Below, piece by piece: positions 22,646-35,754 of a stretch of 64,000 bases of DNA. This DNA is from Saprolegnia diclina VS20. Lineage: Eukaryota. Numbering within the stretch: the stretch's first letter is position 1; every line of letters begins with the position of its first letter. The stretch spans positions 325,436 to 389,435 of the forward strand of contig NW_008246112.1 of NCBI RefSeq assembly GCF_000281045.1. Direction: 5' to 3'. The notes beneath the pieces were generated by a model, which saw nothing but the letters and a program-made list of their open reading frames with translations, searched no databases and was not told where the DNA came from. The translations under genes were made by a program, and so were the position numbers.

Positions 22646-24001
22646 ATGCGCGAGATCCTCTCCATTCACCTCGGCCAGGGCGGTATCCAGGTCGGTAACG
22701 CCTGCTGGGAGCTCTACTGCCTCGAGCATGGCATCCAGCCCGATGGCCAGATGCCCTCGGACAAGACGATCGGCGGTGGCGACGACGCCTTCAACACCTT
22801 CTTCAGCGAGACCGGCGCCGGCAAGCACGTCCCGCGCGCTGTCTTCGCCGATCTTGAACCCTCGGTCTGCGACGAAGTCCGCACAGGCACCTACCGCCAG
22901 CTCTACCACCCGGAGCAGATCATCTCGGGCAAGGAAGACGCCGCCAACAACTACGCCCGTGGTCACTACACGATCGGCAAGGAAATCGTCGATGCCATCT
23001 TGGACCGTGTGCGCAAGCTCGCGGACAGCTGCACGGGCCTCCAGGGCTTCATGGTCTTCAACGCTGTCGGCGGTGGTACCGGTTCGGGCCTCGGCTCGCT
23101 CCTCCTCGAGCGTCTCTCGGTCGACTATGGCCGCAAGTCGAAGCTCGGCTTCACGATCTACCCGTCGCCGCAGGTCTCGACGGCCGTTGTTGAACCGTAC
23201 AACTCGGTCTTGGCCACGCACTCGCTCCTCGAGCACACGGATGTGTCGATCCTCCTCGACAACGAAGCCATCTACGACATCTGCAAGCGCTCGCTCGACA
23301 TTGAGCGCCCGTCGTACACGAACCTCAACCGCTTGATCGCGCAGGTCATCTCGTCGCTCACGACGTCGCTCCGCTTCGATGGTTCGCTCAACGTCGATAT
23401 CACCGAGTTCCAGACGAACCTCGTCCCGTACCCGCGCATCCACTTCATGCTCTCGTCGTACGCGCCGGTAATCTCGGCCGAGAAGGCCTACCACGAGCAG
23501 CTCTCGGTCGCCGAGATCACCAACTCGTGCTTCGACCCGCTCTCGATGATGGCCAAGTGCGACCCGCGCCACGGCAAGTACATGGCGGCGTGCCTCATGT
23601 ACCGCGGTGATATCGTCCCCAAGGATGTCAACGCCGCCGTCGCGACCATCAAGACCAAGCGCACGATCCAGTTTGTCGACTGGTGCCCCACGGGCTTCAA
23701 GTGCGGCATCAACTACGAGCCGCCGACGGTCGTGCCCGGTGGCGATCTCGCCCGCGTCCAGCGCGCGTGCGCCATGATCTCCAACACGTCGGCCATCGCC
23801 GAGGTCTTCTCGCGCATCGACCACAAGTTCGACTTGATGTACGCCAAGCGCGCGTTCGTCCACTGGTATGTCGGCGAAGGCATGGAAGAAGGCGAGTTCT
23901 CGGAGGCCCGTGAAGATCTTGCTGCCCTCGAGAAGGACTACGAAGAGGTCTCGGCCGAAAGCCAGGACGGCGAGGACATGGACTACGGCGAGGAGTACTA
24001 A
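22646..24001 (+). CDS. TUBA: Alpha-tubulin (copy 2)
   Basis: 451-aa ORF with canonical alpha-tubulin sequence ending EEY. Confidence 0.98.
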   Translation: MREILSIHLGQGGIQVGNACWELYCLEHGIQPDGQMPSDKTIGGGDDAFNTFFSETGAGKHVPRAVFADLEPSVCDEVRTGTYRQLYHPEQIISGKEDAANNYARGHYTIGKEIVDAILDRVRKLADSCTGLQGFMVFNAVGGGTGSGLGSLLLERLSVDYGRKSKLGFTIYPSPQVSTAVVEPYNSVLATHSLLEHTDVSILLDNEAIYDICKRSLDIERPSYTNLNRLIAQVISSLTTSLRFDGSLNVDITEFQTNLVPYPRIHFMLSSYAPVISAEKAYHEQLSVAEITNSCFDPLSMMAKCDPRHGKYMAACLMYRGDIVPKDVNAAVATIKTKRTIQFVDWCPTGFKCGINYEPPTVVPGGDLARVQRACAMISNTSAIAEVFSRIDHKFDLMYAKRAFVHWYVGEGMEEGEFSEAREDLAALEKDYEEVSAESQDGEDMDYGEEY

Positions 24002-24773
24002 ATGCTTTCTTCAACGAATACCCCCAGTTTTGAATTGGCCCAAAAGTCATCGTCTACACTGTCTTAATAGAGCTGAGAGCTGAGGTATCTCGAGGCTGCC
24101 GAGGCCGTTGGCATATTGCTTCTTGGACCGGGAGAATAGGAGTCGAGCAGAGGAGCCGGGCATTTGCATCTGTCGGTGCGTCGTACCGATTCCATCTACA
24201 CTGTACGCGGTACGTACATACATGCACTGCTGCACTGCACATGCTACTCCCAGCTGTGCTGCTCCTGCAAAGCCAACACAGGCCGGATCAGCACCTGCTC
24301 CATGCATAAGATGACTCAGAGGCGTCCGTGTGGACGTGCTGGCAGCTTCCTGCGGTCGGCCGCCGACCGATGTCGGTTTGTTTCGTTTGTTCGTGCAGTG
24401 CGTAGAGTCGCCACGTCGAGGATGCTGGTGAGCGTGGCAGGGACCAGTCCTCGGTTGCAATCTTCAAGGATTGGGCGTGCGACGAGGGCCACGAACGTGC
24501 CAGCTCAGCGCTCGCAAAGACACGCACGCCGCTGTACCTGGCCGGGACGGCGCCCGCGCACAGCACCGCCGCAGCGCGTCCTTGCACCCAAGGTCATCAT
24601 CGCGTACAGACTACGCATCGCCCGTTGCCTCGTGCGTCCGGCGTCGGTTCCGTAGCATCCGTCCGTTGCGCCTATCATCGCGGCTTGGTGATAAAATGGA
24701 GATGGCGGCCACAACATACATTCTCCAAGTGATCGCAGGAGGCGGAAATGAATAATTGGTCGCAGTGCTCAAA

Positions 24774-25643
24774 ATGGCCATTATCCAGAAGCTCCATCGC
24801 GCGGTGCTGCAGGCGGTCGGCGGCGGCCGTGGCCGCGCCCTTAGCCTCCAGGAAATCGAGCCGATCAAAGCGCTCTGCGATGCCATCCTGCCGATCCATG
24901 GTACGCCCGTGGATCTGGCGACGCTTCGCGACTCACTGCAACCTAGTCGGCCTCGACGTGCCGACGCCCGCGACCGCCGAGACGCTCTACCGTGGCTCCA
25001 AGGCGATTCGCTACATCCACATCTACGAAGACCGCGACGTCTCGATCGGGTACGTCGTCGTGCGCACTCTGCATGGTAGCCTCATCGATGCCTAGGATCT
25101 TTGTCCTGCCCCCCGGCGCCACGATCCCGCTGCACAACCACCCGGACATGAGCGTTGTCTCCCGGCTGCTCTACGGCTCGCTCCATGTGACGGCCTACGA
25201 CTTGGTGCCCGCCGAGGCCAACGATGCGTTCTGGGCCGCGCACGACCCGGGCGATGACCCGCCGTCCATTTGGCGGCGCAAGAAGAAACTCCTGCTTGCG
25301 CAGCAGCGGCAAGACCGCACGGTGCAAGCGCCGTACACTACCGAGCTCCTTCCGCACAAGGGCAACCTCCACGAGTTCACATCGGGCAGCGACATTGGCT
25401 GTGCGATCCTCGACGTGCTCACGCCCCCGTACGACCCAAGGTATGAGCCATTTCCATCTCGTACAGGCTTCATCGTCGATATATAGCCGTGGTCGCGACT
25501 GTACGTATTACCGCGTGGCAGCCGCACTGGAGCCCACGCCGGACGACAGCGACCCGATCGTTGCGCTCGAGGCCACGCCGGCGCCGCCCCACTCGTTTGA
25601 CATTGTCAACCTCGCATACCACGGTCCGCCCGTCCTTGAGTGA
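24774..25643 (+). CDS. Cysteamine dioxygenase / plant cysteine oxidase-like (PCO_ADO cupin), about 4 exons
   Basis: IRYIHIYE, IFVLPPGATIPLHNHPDMSVVSRLLYGSLHV, GNLHEF, CAILDVLTPPYD, GRDCTYY. Confidence 0.9.
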
Positions 25644-25906
25644 GCCCGACGATGGCACACCGACCGTCGCCAGTGTATAGAGATAGAGAACTAGATGTCG
25701 CCGCGATGTACGAGGCACCAGTCGCCGCGGCGATGGCCGCACCGACGTACCGTGGGCCTAATCGGAGGCGGTATACTCGTATAGTGTTGACAAGCGCGTT
25801 GGCCTCTGCAAGCCGCCGATGATGCATATCGAGTTACGCTACGTTTTACAGAAATGCGCTGTCGCCAACATGTCTATGGTTCACCAAAGACAGTTCGAAA
25901 CCCAGT

Positions 25907-28900
25907 CTAGTGCACGAGGTGCTCGTAGCGTGCGAGGAGCCGCGCAATAGGGCACTCGCGACGGTGTGCGCCGTGCTCGCCGTGGCATGCGACGCAGATG
26001 CTGGTTGCCAGCGCATCGAGGAGGTCGGCCGCGTCAGCCGCCCAGGCGTCAACATGATCGTTCTTGTCGCTGTAGTCCTCGAGGGCGAGCGGGTTTTCAT
26101 CGTCGTCGTTGCTGTCGTCAGTCTCGTCGAGGGGACTCCAGAGGTACCGCAGTTGCTGCACGAGGTGCACGTGGTGCGGCACCTGAAACGCCGCGCCCAG
26201 CACGCTCTTCTCTTGGCCCGTCGCCCACGCGTGCAGGTCGTGCTCGGGCGTCGCGTAGCCGCCGATCGCGCATTGGCCCACGATCGCCGCGAACGTCGGC
26301 ATGAGGTCCTCGATACGCAGAAGCGCATCGAGCAGCGCTTGCTGGACGCGGCTGAAGCCAAAGCTGGCTTTGGCCACGTTGTGCTCGGGTCGAAGCGGGT
26401 CTTCAACGACGACCACGTCGCCGGCGCCGTGCAGAAAACCGTCGACCAGTGGGATTAGGGGGCTACGCACGCGCGTCAGCGCCACCGACAGGCCGCATGA
26501 CGACGTACCCGCCGTGGGTGCTCCGGACGAACCACTGCTGCGGATCAAAGTCGCGGCCAAAGAGCTGCAAAAAGTGCAGGAGAAGCTCGCCGAGGTTGGG
26601 TCGGTGCGCGGGCGCGACCAGCTGTAAGGGGCGGAGCACGCTCGCGAGCAGCAGCGTCAGCGCGTACGACGAGAGACCGCCCGAGTAGCCTGGAAAATAT
26701 CAATCTATCGACGTCCAAATAAGACAAGCGGCGTACTGTCGTTGAGGTCGTGCTCTAGTAGCAGCTGCTTGAGCACGAGCATGAGCGGAGGCAGCTCGGG
26801 CAAGACTGACACGAGGCGCTGGACGTACATGCACGTCTCGATGCCGCGGTGCTGCGGCTGGTCAAAGCTGATGTCGAGTCGGATGACGCCCTGCGCGTCA
26901 CCAAACGACGAGGGTACGGCGGCGGTTGTCACTTTTACAAGCGGAATCGTTGTGCGCTCAATGACCTGGATCGCCTGCACCCAGGGTTCGTGCCGAAGGA
27001 GCGACGCCAGAAGCTCGACGCTCGAGGTGCGCTTGCGGTCGTACGCGGCGCCGGTGATGAGCAGGTCTACGTCCGACTTGGGGCAGCTCAGGCCGGTTGC
27101 GAACGAGCCAAAGACGTGGACCTCGGCGTTGGGCCAGAGCCGCGCAACACACTCCTATTGCAGATATCCAAGATAGCAAGAATACTATCCAAGATCGTGG
27201 ATACTTTGAGGTGCGTCACGACACAAATCTGCCACGGGCGACGGCGACTCACAATGTCCTGGAGCATGGCGTACATGTCAAGTATGTCATCGTGAAGCGC
27301 GAGCGTGAACGTCTCGACGAGTGACGCGTCCGATCGCAGCACAGCTACGTGTGTTGTGGTGACGCGCCACGCAACGAAGCATGACATACCCATCGACGAC
27401 GATGACATCGGCGGCATCACCAAGTAGTCGTCGTTGGCGTCCGGCAGCTGGTACACTTGACAGCTACTGTCACCACTCGAGCACGTTGACGCGGTCTCGG
27501 GCGACTGGACCACGAACGTTGGTGACGACGGGTTGAGCTTGGACGATGCGCTCGTGACGGGCGCTGTCGCGTCCTCCTCCATGTCCACGCGGTCGTCGCC
27601 ATATGTGTCGTTGCTGTGGCGGCTCGTTGCGGGCGAGGTCGCAGCCTTCTTCTCGCCCCGCTTCTTGCTTTTCGGGCGCCGGGTTTTGGCCGGCTTGGGT
27701 CCACTGTCCTTGGTGCGAAGCAAGCGCGCCGACTTTTGCTCTGTCGCCGCCGCCTACGTGCTGTACGTGGGACCGCGGAATGGTTATGGTATGAGTCGTA
27801 CTTGGAGATCGTGGCCAATCTCGCGTGCGACCAAGTCGATCGCCGTGCCGCACCGACTCAGCGTCGATGTATACAGCGACTCGGCGACGAAGCGTGCGTC
27901 ATTGAGCACGTTGTTTTCGAGCTCGTCGAGGAGCTGGTGGCCAGCCAAGTGCAGCAGCATCTCGCTCTCGGGGATGTCGGCAGCGTTGCGGAGGCGCTGG
28001 ATCCGCTCAGGCATTGGAGAGGTGAGCAGTTCTTTCTGGTCGGCCTCGGACGTGTGTTCCCAGAGCCAAAGCAGGCGATCAAACCGCGCCGAGAGCGTCA
28101 GCGAGCGCGCCACCGTGCCCCGAAACACCTCGATCAAGTGCTCGAGGACGCGCAGCGCCACGAACGCCGACAAGGTCGTGGCCTCGGGGTGCCTACGCTG
28201 GTGCTCGAACGCCGATGGTGGTCCTGACACGATAACGTACGCAGATCGCCTGTCATCTTGACACCCCGGTGGACCCAGCCGACGGTATCCGTGTTGCAAG
28301 ACCTGTCATTTGGTGACGCTAAGAGGATGTGTATGGCGATAGAAGACGTACGAGCTCGAGCAAGTGCTGGAAGGCGCCTTGGCGTATGCAGCCGCTGCGC
28401 TTGATCCAGCACCCGTCCGCGTACGTATCGTGGTCCCATAGCCGTACGCTGGCGAGGAGTTGGCGGCTTGCCGACATGAATGCTGCGTTCGCACTAGGTT
28501 CCAGGTGTCAGCGACAGGACGTGTCGACAAGAACGGACCGTGGCGACGCTGTCGTCTCGTCCACCGCCGAAGCGTGCAACGAGGCCCACGGCACAAACGC
28601 ACAGCGCTCGAGCAGCGGCGTAGTCGGCTTTGGATCGCGCTGCTTGCCTCGACTAAACGACAAATTGATCGAGTCGCAACAAGAGGCAGGTATGCTTACC
28701 TTGGCTTCTTGGTGGTGTTGGCATCCACGGTGCTGGGCACGACGAGGAAGACGCCTACGCAGAGTTGTCCAGACTTGGGCTTGCGGCTCCGACATACCAT
28801 CTTCGTGCTTGCGGTCGAGGACGACCGAGTGCAAGGTCCGCAGCATACCGATCCACGGCGCATCGACAAAGCAAAGCACCTACTCGTCGCCTGAGCTCCT

Positions 28901-29098
28901 GTCGGGTGATCGTCGGAGTACGTCGTGCTGGTCTTCGTAGCCCAAGGCTTCAAACCACGCCCACATTGGCGCCCAGTGCGCGGGCGACGTCGCGGCGTAT
29001 GGATGCCGCGGGGCGTCCGCGTACTGCGGCAGTGTCAGAGAGCGTACGTGGCGCTCCAGCATTGGCGAGCGCGGTGGCCGGCCCAGCGCAGACGCCAT
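25907..29098 (-). CDS. Non-canonical poly(A) polymerase / terminal nucleotidyltransferase (Trf4/TENT4-like) with long N-terminal extension, multi-exon
   Basis: VHVFGSFATGLSCPKSDVDLLI, IPLVKV, LDISF, LVLKQLL..DLND..GGLSSYAL, VVVEDPLRPEHNVAKASF. Confidence 0.82.
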
Positions 29099-29958
29099 GA
29101 CACTAGTGAGTGCTCGACCTTTCTGGGCGCAAGATATGTTCCACGCGACGGTGCGCACCTCGTTTTAACGACTACAACGATAAGGGTTACGCACTAAGAT
29201 CGTGTTTAAACCCATGGAGAAGAGCATTCTTGGCTGAAATCGAGGTCCGTCGAAATTCGAGCAACTACAAGCCTTCGATATTCTAAAAATAGATTGCTAC
29301 ATGAGCAAGAAGAGAATCTCTTCTTGTTAATGAGCTGCACCCTGTACGGTGGAGGGTGGACCAACCAACGCTATCGTCCATGGCGGAAAGGTGGCTGCGG
29401 CCCCTAGCAGCTTGGAAACGGACGCTGACGACGCAGTAGACTAGTAGGATGACCCACAACATTGCCCGAACATGCGATTCGCATCCGCGCAAGGCCAACA
29501 AAGTAGATAATGCCCAATGTCTGTATGCTTCAACGTGCGGCGGCTTAGCTGGGATTTGAGCTCGGATGCATGTTTTTGTGTGCTATGGCCAAGGGAAATC
29601 GGGTCTGGCCATGGTCACTAGCACCGTACGACTAGTAACGTTAGTACACGATGTGTGTCTATGGCACGACTGCCATTCGATCTACCACGACAGCGGTAAA
29701 GGTCAGCACGGTGTGGGGAAGCTGCTGCTTGGGCTTTGAACAACTGACAGGTCGGGGACGCTGTGGAACACTGACGGTACAGCTGCAGGAGCGGTTTCGC
29801 GCCACGGCGAGACCTGTCGTGTGATTGGCTGTTCAATTGCGCTGTGTGGCCAATCCTGTCCACACAAGGCGCTGCATTTTAGCCAATGAAAAAGGGTGGA
29901 GACGGCCACCCAATTCCGACTGCTTGGTGGAACGAGTGAATTGGAGCCGACGTCGTGG

Positions 29959-32900
29959 ATGAGCACCTACGCCCTGAGCGGACGCGAACGAGAGACCGCG
30001 CGCCTCGAGCGCTCGATCGCCGAGCTGCGCCGCGTGGCCAGCCAGACGTACGAGCAGGACAAGGCCACGGACCTCCTCTCGCGGCTCCGCCAAGCCTCGT
30101 CCGGCGACAGCACATATATCCAGGAAGACGCGACATCGCGATGGAACGCGCAGGTCCAGCCGACATCTGACATTAGCCCATGGCCGCCGGCGCTGCGACC
30201 GCTGGTTTCGTCGCCCGGCGCCAAGTTTGGCCTCTTCAAAGCTCTCAAGCACGCATGGCTCATCGCTGGCCCGACCGTGTACCTCTGGGACTATACGTCG
30301 TCCAAGGGCACCATCGTCACGTGCCCCGCGATGCCCGATCCCGTGCTCGCATGCGGCGTCACGCAGCCGCTGAGCGGCTCGCTGTTTAGCGACGTTGTCC
30401 AGCACCTTTTGGTGGTCGTCACCGAGACGGAAGTCCGCGTTCTCGCGTTGGTCGCTGACAAGACCACGGGTAGCTTCAAGGTGCAGGATACGCTCATGAA
30501 CGCGCCGCTTCCGTCGACGACGCTGCTCTCGACAGTCGTGTGCACGCCGTCACGACGCATCTTGCTCGGCGGCGTCGACGGCGCGCTCTACGAGTATGTC
30601 TACCATCCCCATTTGCCCAAGCCGCCGACGACCGAGAAGGCGCGCTCGGTGCGCGTCGCCACGTCGCACTGGAACCAGTACCTCCCGCCGCTCGTGCGCG
30701 ATCTGCTCGCCCCCGCGCGGTCGGCGATCACGCAGCTGCTCTACGACGACGCGCGCCACGTTATCTACGCGCTGCATTCGTCCGGACACGTCTCGGTCTA
30801 CGATGCGCGCACCAAGGACATTGTATGTGTCACGTACACGATCATCGACGCGTCCATCGTGTCGCTGAGTCTCGTGAGTGACGGCGACGCGTCAATCCAC
30901 GCGGTCGCCATCACGTCGGCGGGTGTCCGGCTCTTCCTCTCGACCTCGCAGACGCTGCACGGGCCGCCCGACACGTGCATGGTTGTGTTTACGCGGCCGC
31001 CGCCGCCCTGCGTCACCGTTGTGGACCGTGCGGTCTATGCGTCCGGCGTCTCGTTCTTTGGGCACAAGTCGACGCTCGTGTCGGCGGCGGCCGACGTGGG
31101 CCTCGCCACGTCGTACCGCGAGCTCGTACGGTCGCACGCGCTCCTTGGTGGGCACATGGTCGTCGAAGAAACCTCGGTCGTCCTCGCTTCGCCCGCGGGG
31201 CTGCCGTCGCTCAAGCGCAGCGCGTCGGGCGCGTCTCTGCCGTCGTCACTGGACTTTTTACGCATCAGCCGCCACGAACTCTCGACGCAGTTTACATCGA
31301 CGACGCCGCGGGCGTTTGTGTCGCTCTCGGAAGGCGGCGTGCAGTGCTGGCACAAGCAGCGCCCGCTCGACCACCTCCGGCACGTCCTCACGCACGCACC
31401 GGGTCCGCTCACGCGCTCGTCGCCCATGGTCGCGTCGTACGGGCCCCATGCAATTGCGTGCATGCTCTTTGCTCTGGCCTGCGATCCATCGCCGCCGCGC
31501 CCGCCGGCGCACCTCATGTCGCTTGTGTTTGACATTGGCGGCCACCCGGACGGCAGCGCGCACTCGGACCACTACAACGGCCTCGTGCGCGTCCTCGTGC
31601 GCTTTCTCAGCGGCATTTGGCACGCCGCGCTTGCCAAGGCGACGACCAAGGGCGCGGCGTCGGCGACGTTTACGCCGGCCTTGTCGAAAGACGAGATTGC
31701 GCGGCCACGCGATTTGCTCTGTCGTCTCAAGCAGCTCTTGGAGCACGTGGCCGTGCCGTACGCTGTCGCGGTCCATGCCACGTCGTCGTCGTCGTCCGAT
31801 GGTAGCATGATTGCGACCGAGCAGCGGGCGCTGCAGGACATCCACGCGCTTCTCGGGCGCTGCATTGGCGCGTGCGAAGGCCTCCTCTTGGTCTACGCGC
31901 ACCCGACCGCGTTCAGCCATGTGGCCAACCTTGCCTTCTACGACGTCGTGTGCACGGAGCTTGGCGCCAAGGCGCTCCAAGCTATGCTGCGCGACGTCGC
32001 CAAAGAGACGCCGTTGGTGGTGCCGACCGCGCTCGCGCGCTGCAGTGCGTTTTTTACTTTGGTGGACGCTGGCGTGTTCCAGGGCACGGACGCGCTGACG
32101 CGGGCCAAGGCGGCGGCGACGCCGTCGGCGCGGGACGCTGCGTTGAACGAGTCGCTCACCAAGCTCGTGGCGGCGGCGCCCACGTGGCCCCCCACCGCCG
32201 AGACCATCGAGCACCTTGGTCGCATCGCCAAGGACTATGAGCTCTGTTCGTTCTGGAAGGGCCTCGTGGGCCTCGCCGTGGCGGTCGCTGCGCGCTGGCC
32301 GCTGCACTCGGCCGACCAGAAGGCATGCTACAGCGGTGTCCTGGATGCCCTCGCGCACGTGGCCGAGCACAACGACGTGGCGTCGGCACAGTCGATTGTC
32401 GGTCTTGTGGTCGGTACGACTGACGTGCACCTGCAACAAGTTGTGCTGGAATGGGTCGTCTCGAAAGGGCACAAGACGTGGCTGCTTCACTGCCCATTGA
32501 CGCCGACAGTGCGGACGGTCTTGGCGGCCGACGTCGACTGGCTCGCCGCGCTCTGCTTGGAGCACCACGAGTACGAAGAGGCTGCGACGGTGCTCTGGAA
32601 GGCGGCGCATGACGTCAGCGCCACGCACAGCATTGGCGACCGCACGGCCTGGGTCGCACGCGCCCTCAGCAGCATCCAGCACACAACCAACGCCCAGCAC
32701 GCCAAGGACATTCAAGATGCACTCGACGTTTTTCAGACGCAGGTATGTACTTTCTATCAATGTATCAATGTCTCAACTGGACGAGCATAGACGCGGCTGG
32801 CGACGGCGTTCCGGCAGCACAACCTCGGGTCCGACGCCGTGCGACACACACTCGAGTTTGAGATTCTCGACATGTCGACCTTGTACCACGAGTATGCGAT

Positions 32901-33605
32901 GCCGTACGAGCGCTACGAAGACTGCCTCCGCATCATGCACGCGTGCCGCTTCTACGTACGCGTTCCATTGTTTCATGGCCGTATCAATCTTTCAACGAAA
33001 TAGGAACCCGAGACGATTGTGATGCTGTGGAAGAAGGCCTTGTACTCGCTGCTGCCGCAAGTCGCCGACCGCGACGCTGCTGCGCCCATTGCCAAGTGGC
33101 TCGACGAGGCATATGCGGCCGCGGGCCTTGGCGACATCGTGTCCATGTCGAGTGCATTTGAAGCCTGCGAGTGGACGCGGAGCGTGAGTCATCTCGTTGT
33201 GTCGCTGGGCCGCGCGCTGCACCCGTCGCCGGTCTTTCCGATCGAGTGGCTTATCACGGAAGTCGAGACGATCGCGATGCACGCGTGGTCGCTCGGGCAC
33301 CACACGTCGCCGTTCACGCCCGTGCATCTGTTCGTCGACCTGGGCATGCCGGCTTCGGACGTGCTGGCATGGTACTTGCACCTCTTTGGCAGCAGCACGG
33401 ACGCCGCATTCAAGGTCCAGCTGCTCTGGAGCCTTCTGGCGCTGCGCCCGGGTGTCCCGACGTTGCCGTCGACGTACCAAGACACGATGGCACATGCCCG
33501 CAACTGGCTCGTCACGCACGCCCCCGGTACGATCTTACACTTTTGCGATTGTTGATGGTCTTGTATGTAGACCAAGTGGACCTTGTCGCGCAGCTTCTCG
33601 CGTAG
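29959..33605 (+). CDS. NUP155: Nucleoporin Nup155/Nup170-like, about 4 exons
   Basis: FGLFKALKHAWL..VYLWDY, GRRILLGG-like DGALYEY, SDHYNGL, STLYHEYA..EDCLRIM. Confidence 0.8.
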
Positions 33606-33811
33606 TGGGACTTGAAAGATAAGAGGAGCCCTGTGATTCACTTGGGTGCGTGGGTGTTGTGGGGCTTGTGCGTCTGCAAGCACACCGGACCGAAGCCAAC
33701 CGCCGTTGACGTGGAACTGCTCTTTGATACGACACTGGGTTGTTGGGCCAAGATGGTGCAGGCGCCGACCACAGACGCCACGCAACTTGGGGAAAACACG
33801 CTGTTACCGAC

Positions 33812-35391
33812 TTAGAACTTTTGTAGTGTGAGCCGGAGGTGGAGTGCACCGGCCTCGATCGTCTTGTTCTTGAGTACGCGGTCTCGGGTCTTCTTGCTCA
33901 GGACACCGAGCGCCGTCTCCTTGACCATGACGCCAAACCCATGCAGCGGGCGAATGATAACGCCGGCCATGCCGAGCCCGACGCCTTTTGCAAACCCACC
34001 AAAGCCACTCGACTTGGCCCCGCGGATCGGGTCCTTCCACATGCCGGTAATGCCGGTGACGACGCCCTTGGTGAGCCTACGATACAAGTGGAGCGATATG
34101 GGGTAGGGTGCACGGCGTACCCTTCACCAGCCGCCACCATGTGATCGCCAAAGTTGCGCGGCCACTCCTTGGGCATGGTCGCCGCATACCACACGTTCGA
34201 TGGCTTTGTGGCGTCGAGGACGCGGAGGCGGTCGGCGTCAATGACAAAACTGCCCATTTTGCGGTCCGGCTGCAGCTTGTTGAAATCATAGACCTACAGT
34301 TCGCCAGTGAGCACAACTTGTCTATCGATTGCACGACAATAAGGACCTGCACGACGAGCGGCGACTGGCCGTCCCACGAGAGCCGAAGGGTTTCATGCCA
34401 CTTTGGGTGCAGCGACTGCTTGACGCAGTGACTCGAGATGACTTGCTCGCCGAGCCGGAACGACACGTACGGGTCCGAGCTGCCGCCGACATCCATCGCC
34501 ACCAAGTCGGCGCCTTGAACGAGCTCGATCGTAAGGATACCGACGTACTCGACCATGCCATGGGACCCGTGCGAGCTCGCGGCCGCATCTAGATGCAAAT
34601 GTCAATCTTTCAAGTTGTCAAGTGCAATGGTGGAGACTTCGCGTCGTGGGCCGCACGAGGCTCGACATGGCTTCTTGCCGCGTCTTGTTGGGGCCCATGC
34701 GGAACGCCATCTCGACGTACTTGGCGATGATGTAGGTTTCCCGGGCGTCGCGGGCGCAGTCGGGCAGCGGCTTGGAGACTGTCGTGGGCACCGAGAACTC
34801 GAGCGTCTCGTTGAGGCGCGCGTTGCCGCCGGCTTCAACGCACTCGAGCTGCGACCGCGTCCACTTGTCGAGCGTGCAGCTCAAGACAAACGAAATGTGA
34901 ACGCCGAGCGACCGGTGGACGCCGGCGCACTGTGTGCAGATGAACCCACCGTGCGTCACCGTCGCCCACCTAGACGACATGCAGGGGATGATACAGGCAT
35001 TTCGAGCGACGATGGATGTACTTGGGCTGAGGCGCGTTGCAGTCGGCGCAGTGGAGGTTCTCGTCGCGGGCGAGCAGCTCCGTGAGCGCGGCGATCGTAG
35101 CGTCGAGTGGCAAGTAGCTGCCGTCGTCATCGTCGTCACCGTGCTGCGGCGCATCAAAGCTCGGCTTGGCCGAGAGCTCTTCCTGGAGCGCTTTCTCGTC
35201 GAATTGGTTTTCGATCCGGCGCGCGGCCGATCGGGGTGTCTCGGGCTGGGTTGGCATAAGCTCGAATATGCGTCACAAAGTTTGCGTGCAGAGTAACGAG
35301 CTAAAATTACCCTCGAATGACTGCGGATCCAGCGAGAGAAGGAGAAGGAGCCGTTGAAAGTCGTCAGCGTCCGTGGAGGCCTCGAAGCCAT
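33812..35391 (-). CDS. ArfGAP zinc finger + C2 domain protein with C-terminal ATG2/VPS13-like amphipathic region, multi-exon
   Basis: CADC..W..FICTQCAGVHRSLGVHIS; C2 GADLVAMDVGGSSDPYV..PKWHE; tail KGVVTGITG..PIRGAKSSGFGGFAKGVGLGMAGVIIRP. Confidence 0.85.
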
Positions 35392-35754
35392 CGCTTGCGC
35401 GATAAAACGTACTGGGTGCGTCGATTGGCCTTTTTTCGATCCTGGTCGCGTTGCCGAGCGCTAAAGGAGCGTGCATGGAGCGACATGGCTATGCGCATTG
35501 GCTAAAAACACGTCACTTTAGCGGGAGCAACCAATCGCAACGCATGGGGTTTGCGATGCATGGTCTTGAACGTCATAGCTCTTGGTCTGTGCGTAGGTAT
35601 GTGTGGCATCTTGGCACGTGTGCGTATGCCTTTCAGCGGTAGCGACGCTGCCTCTTCTCGCCGCCGTGTCTCTCATCTGTAATATTAATGTATCCTGGAT
35701 AAAGAGATCTAGGTGGCGATTTGGAGGTATGTCTAGTTCATACACCGACTAACG

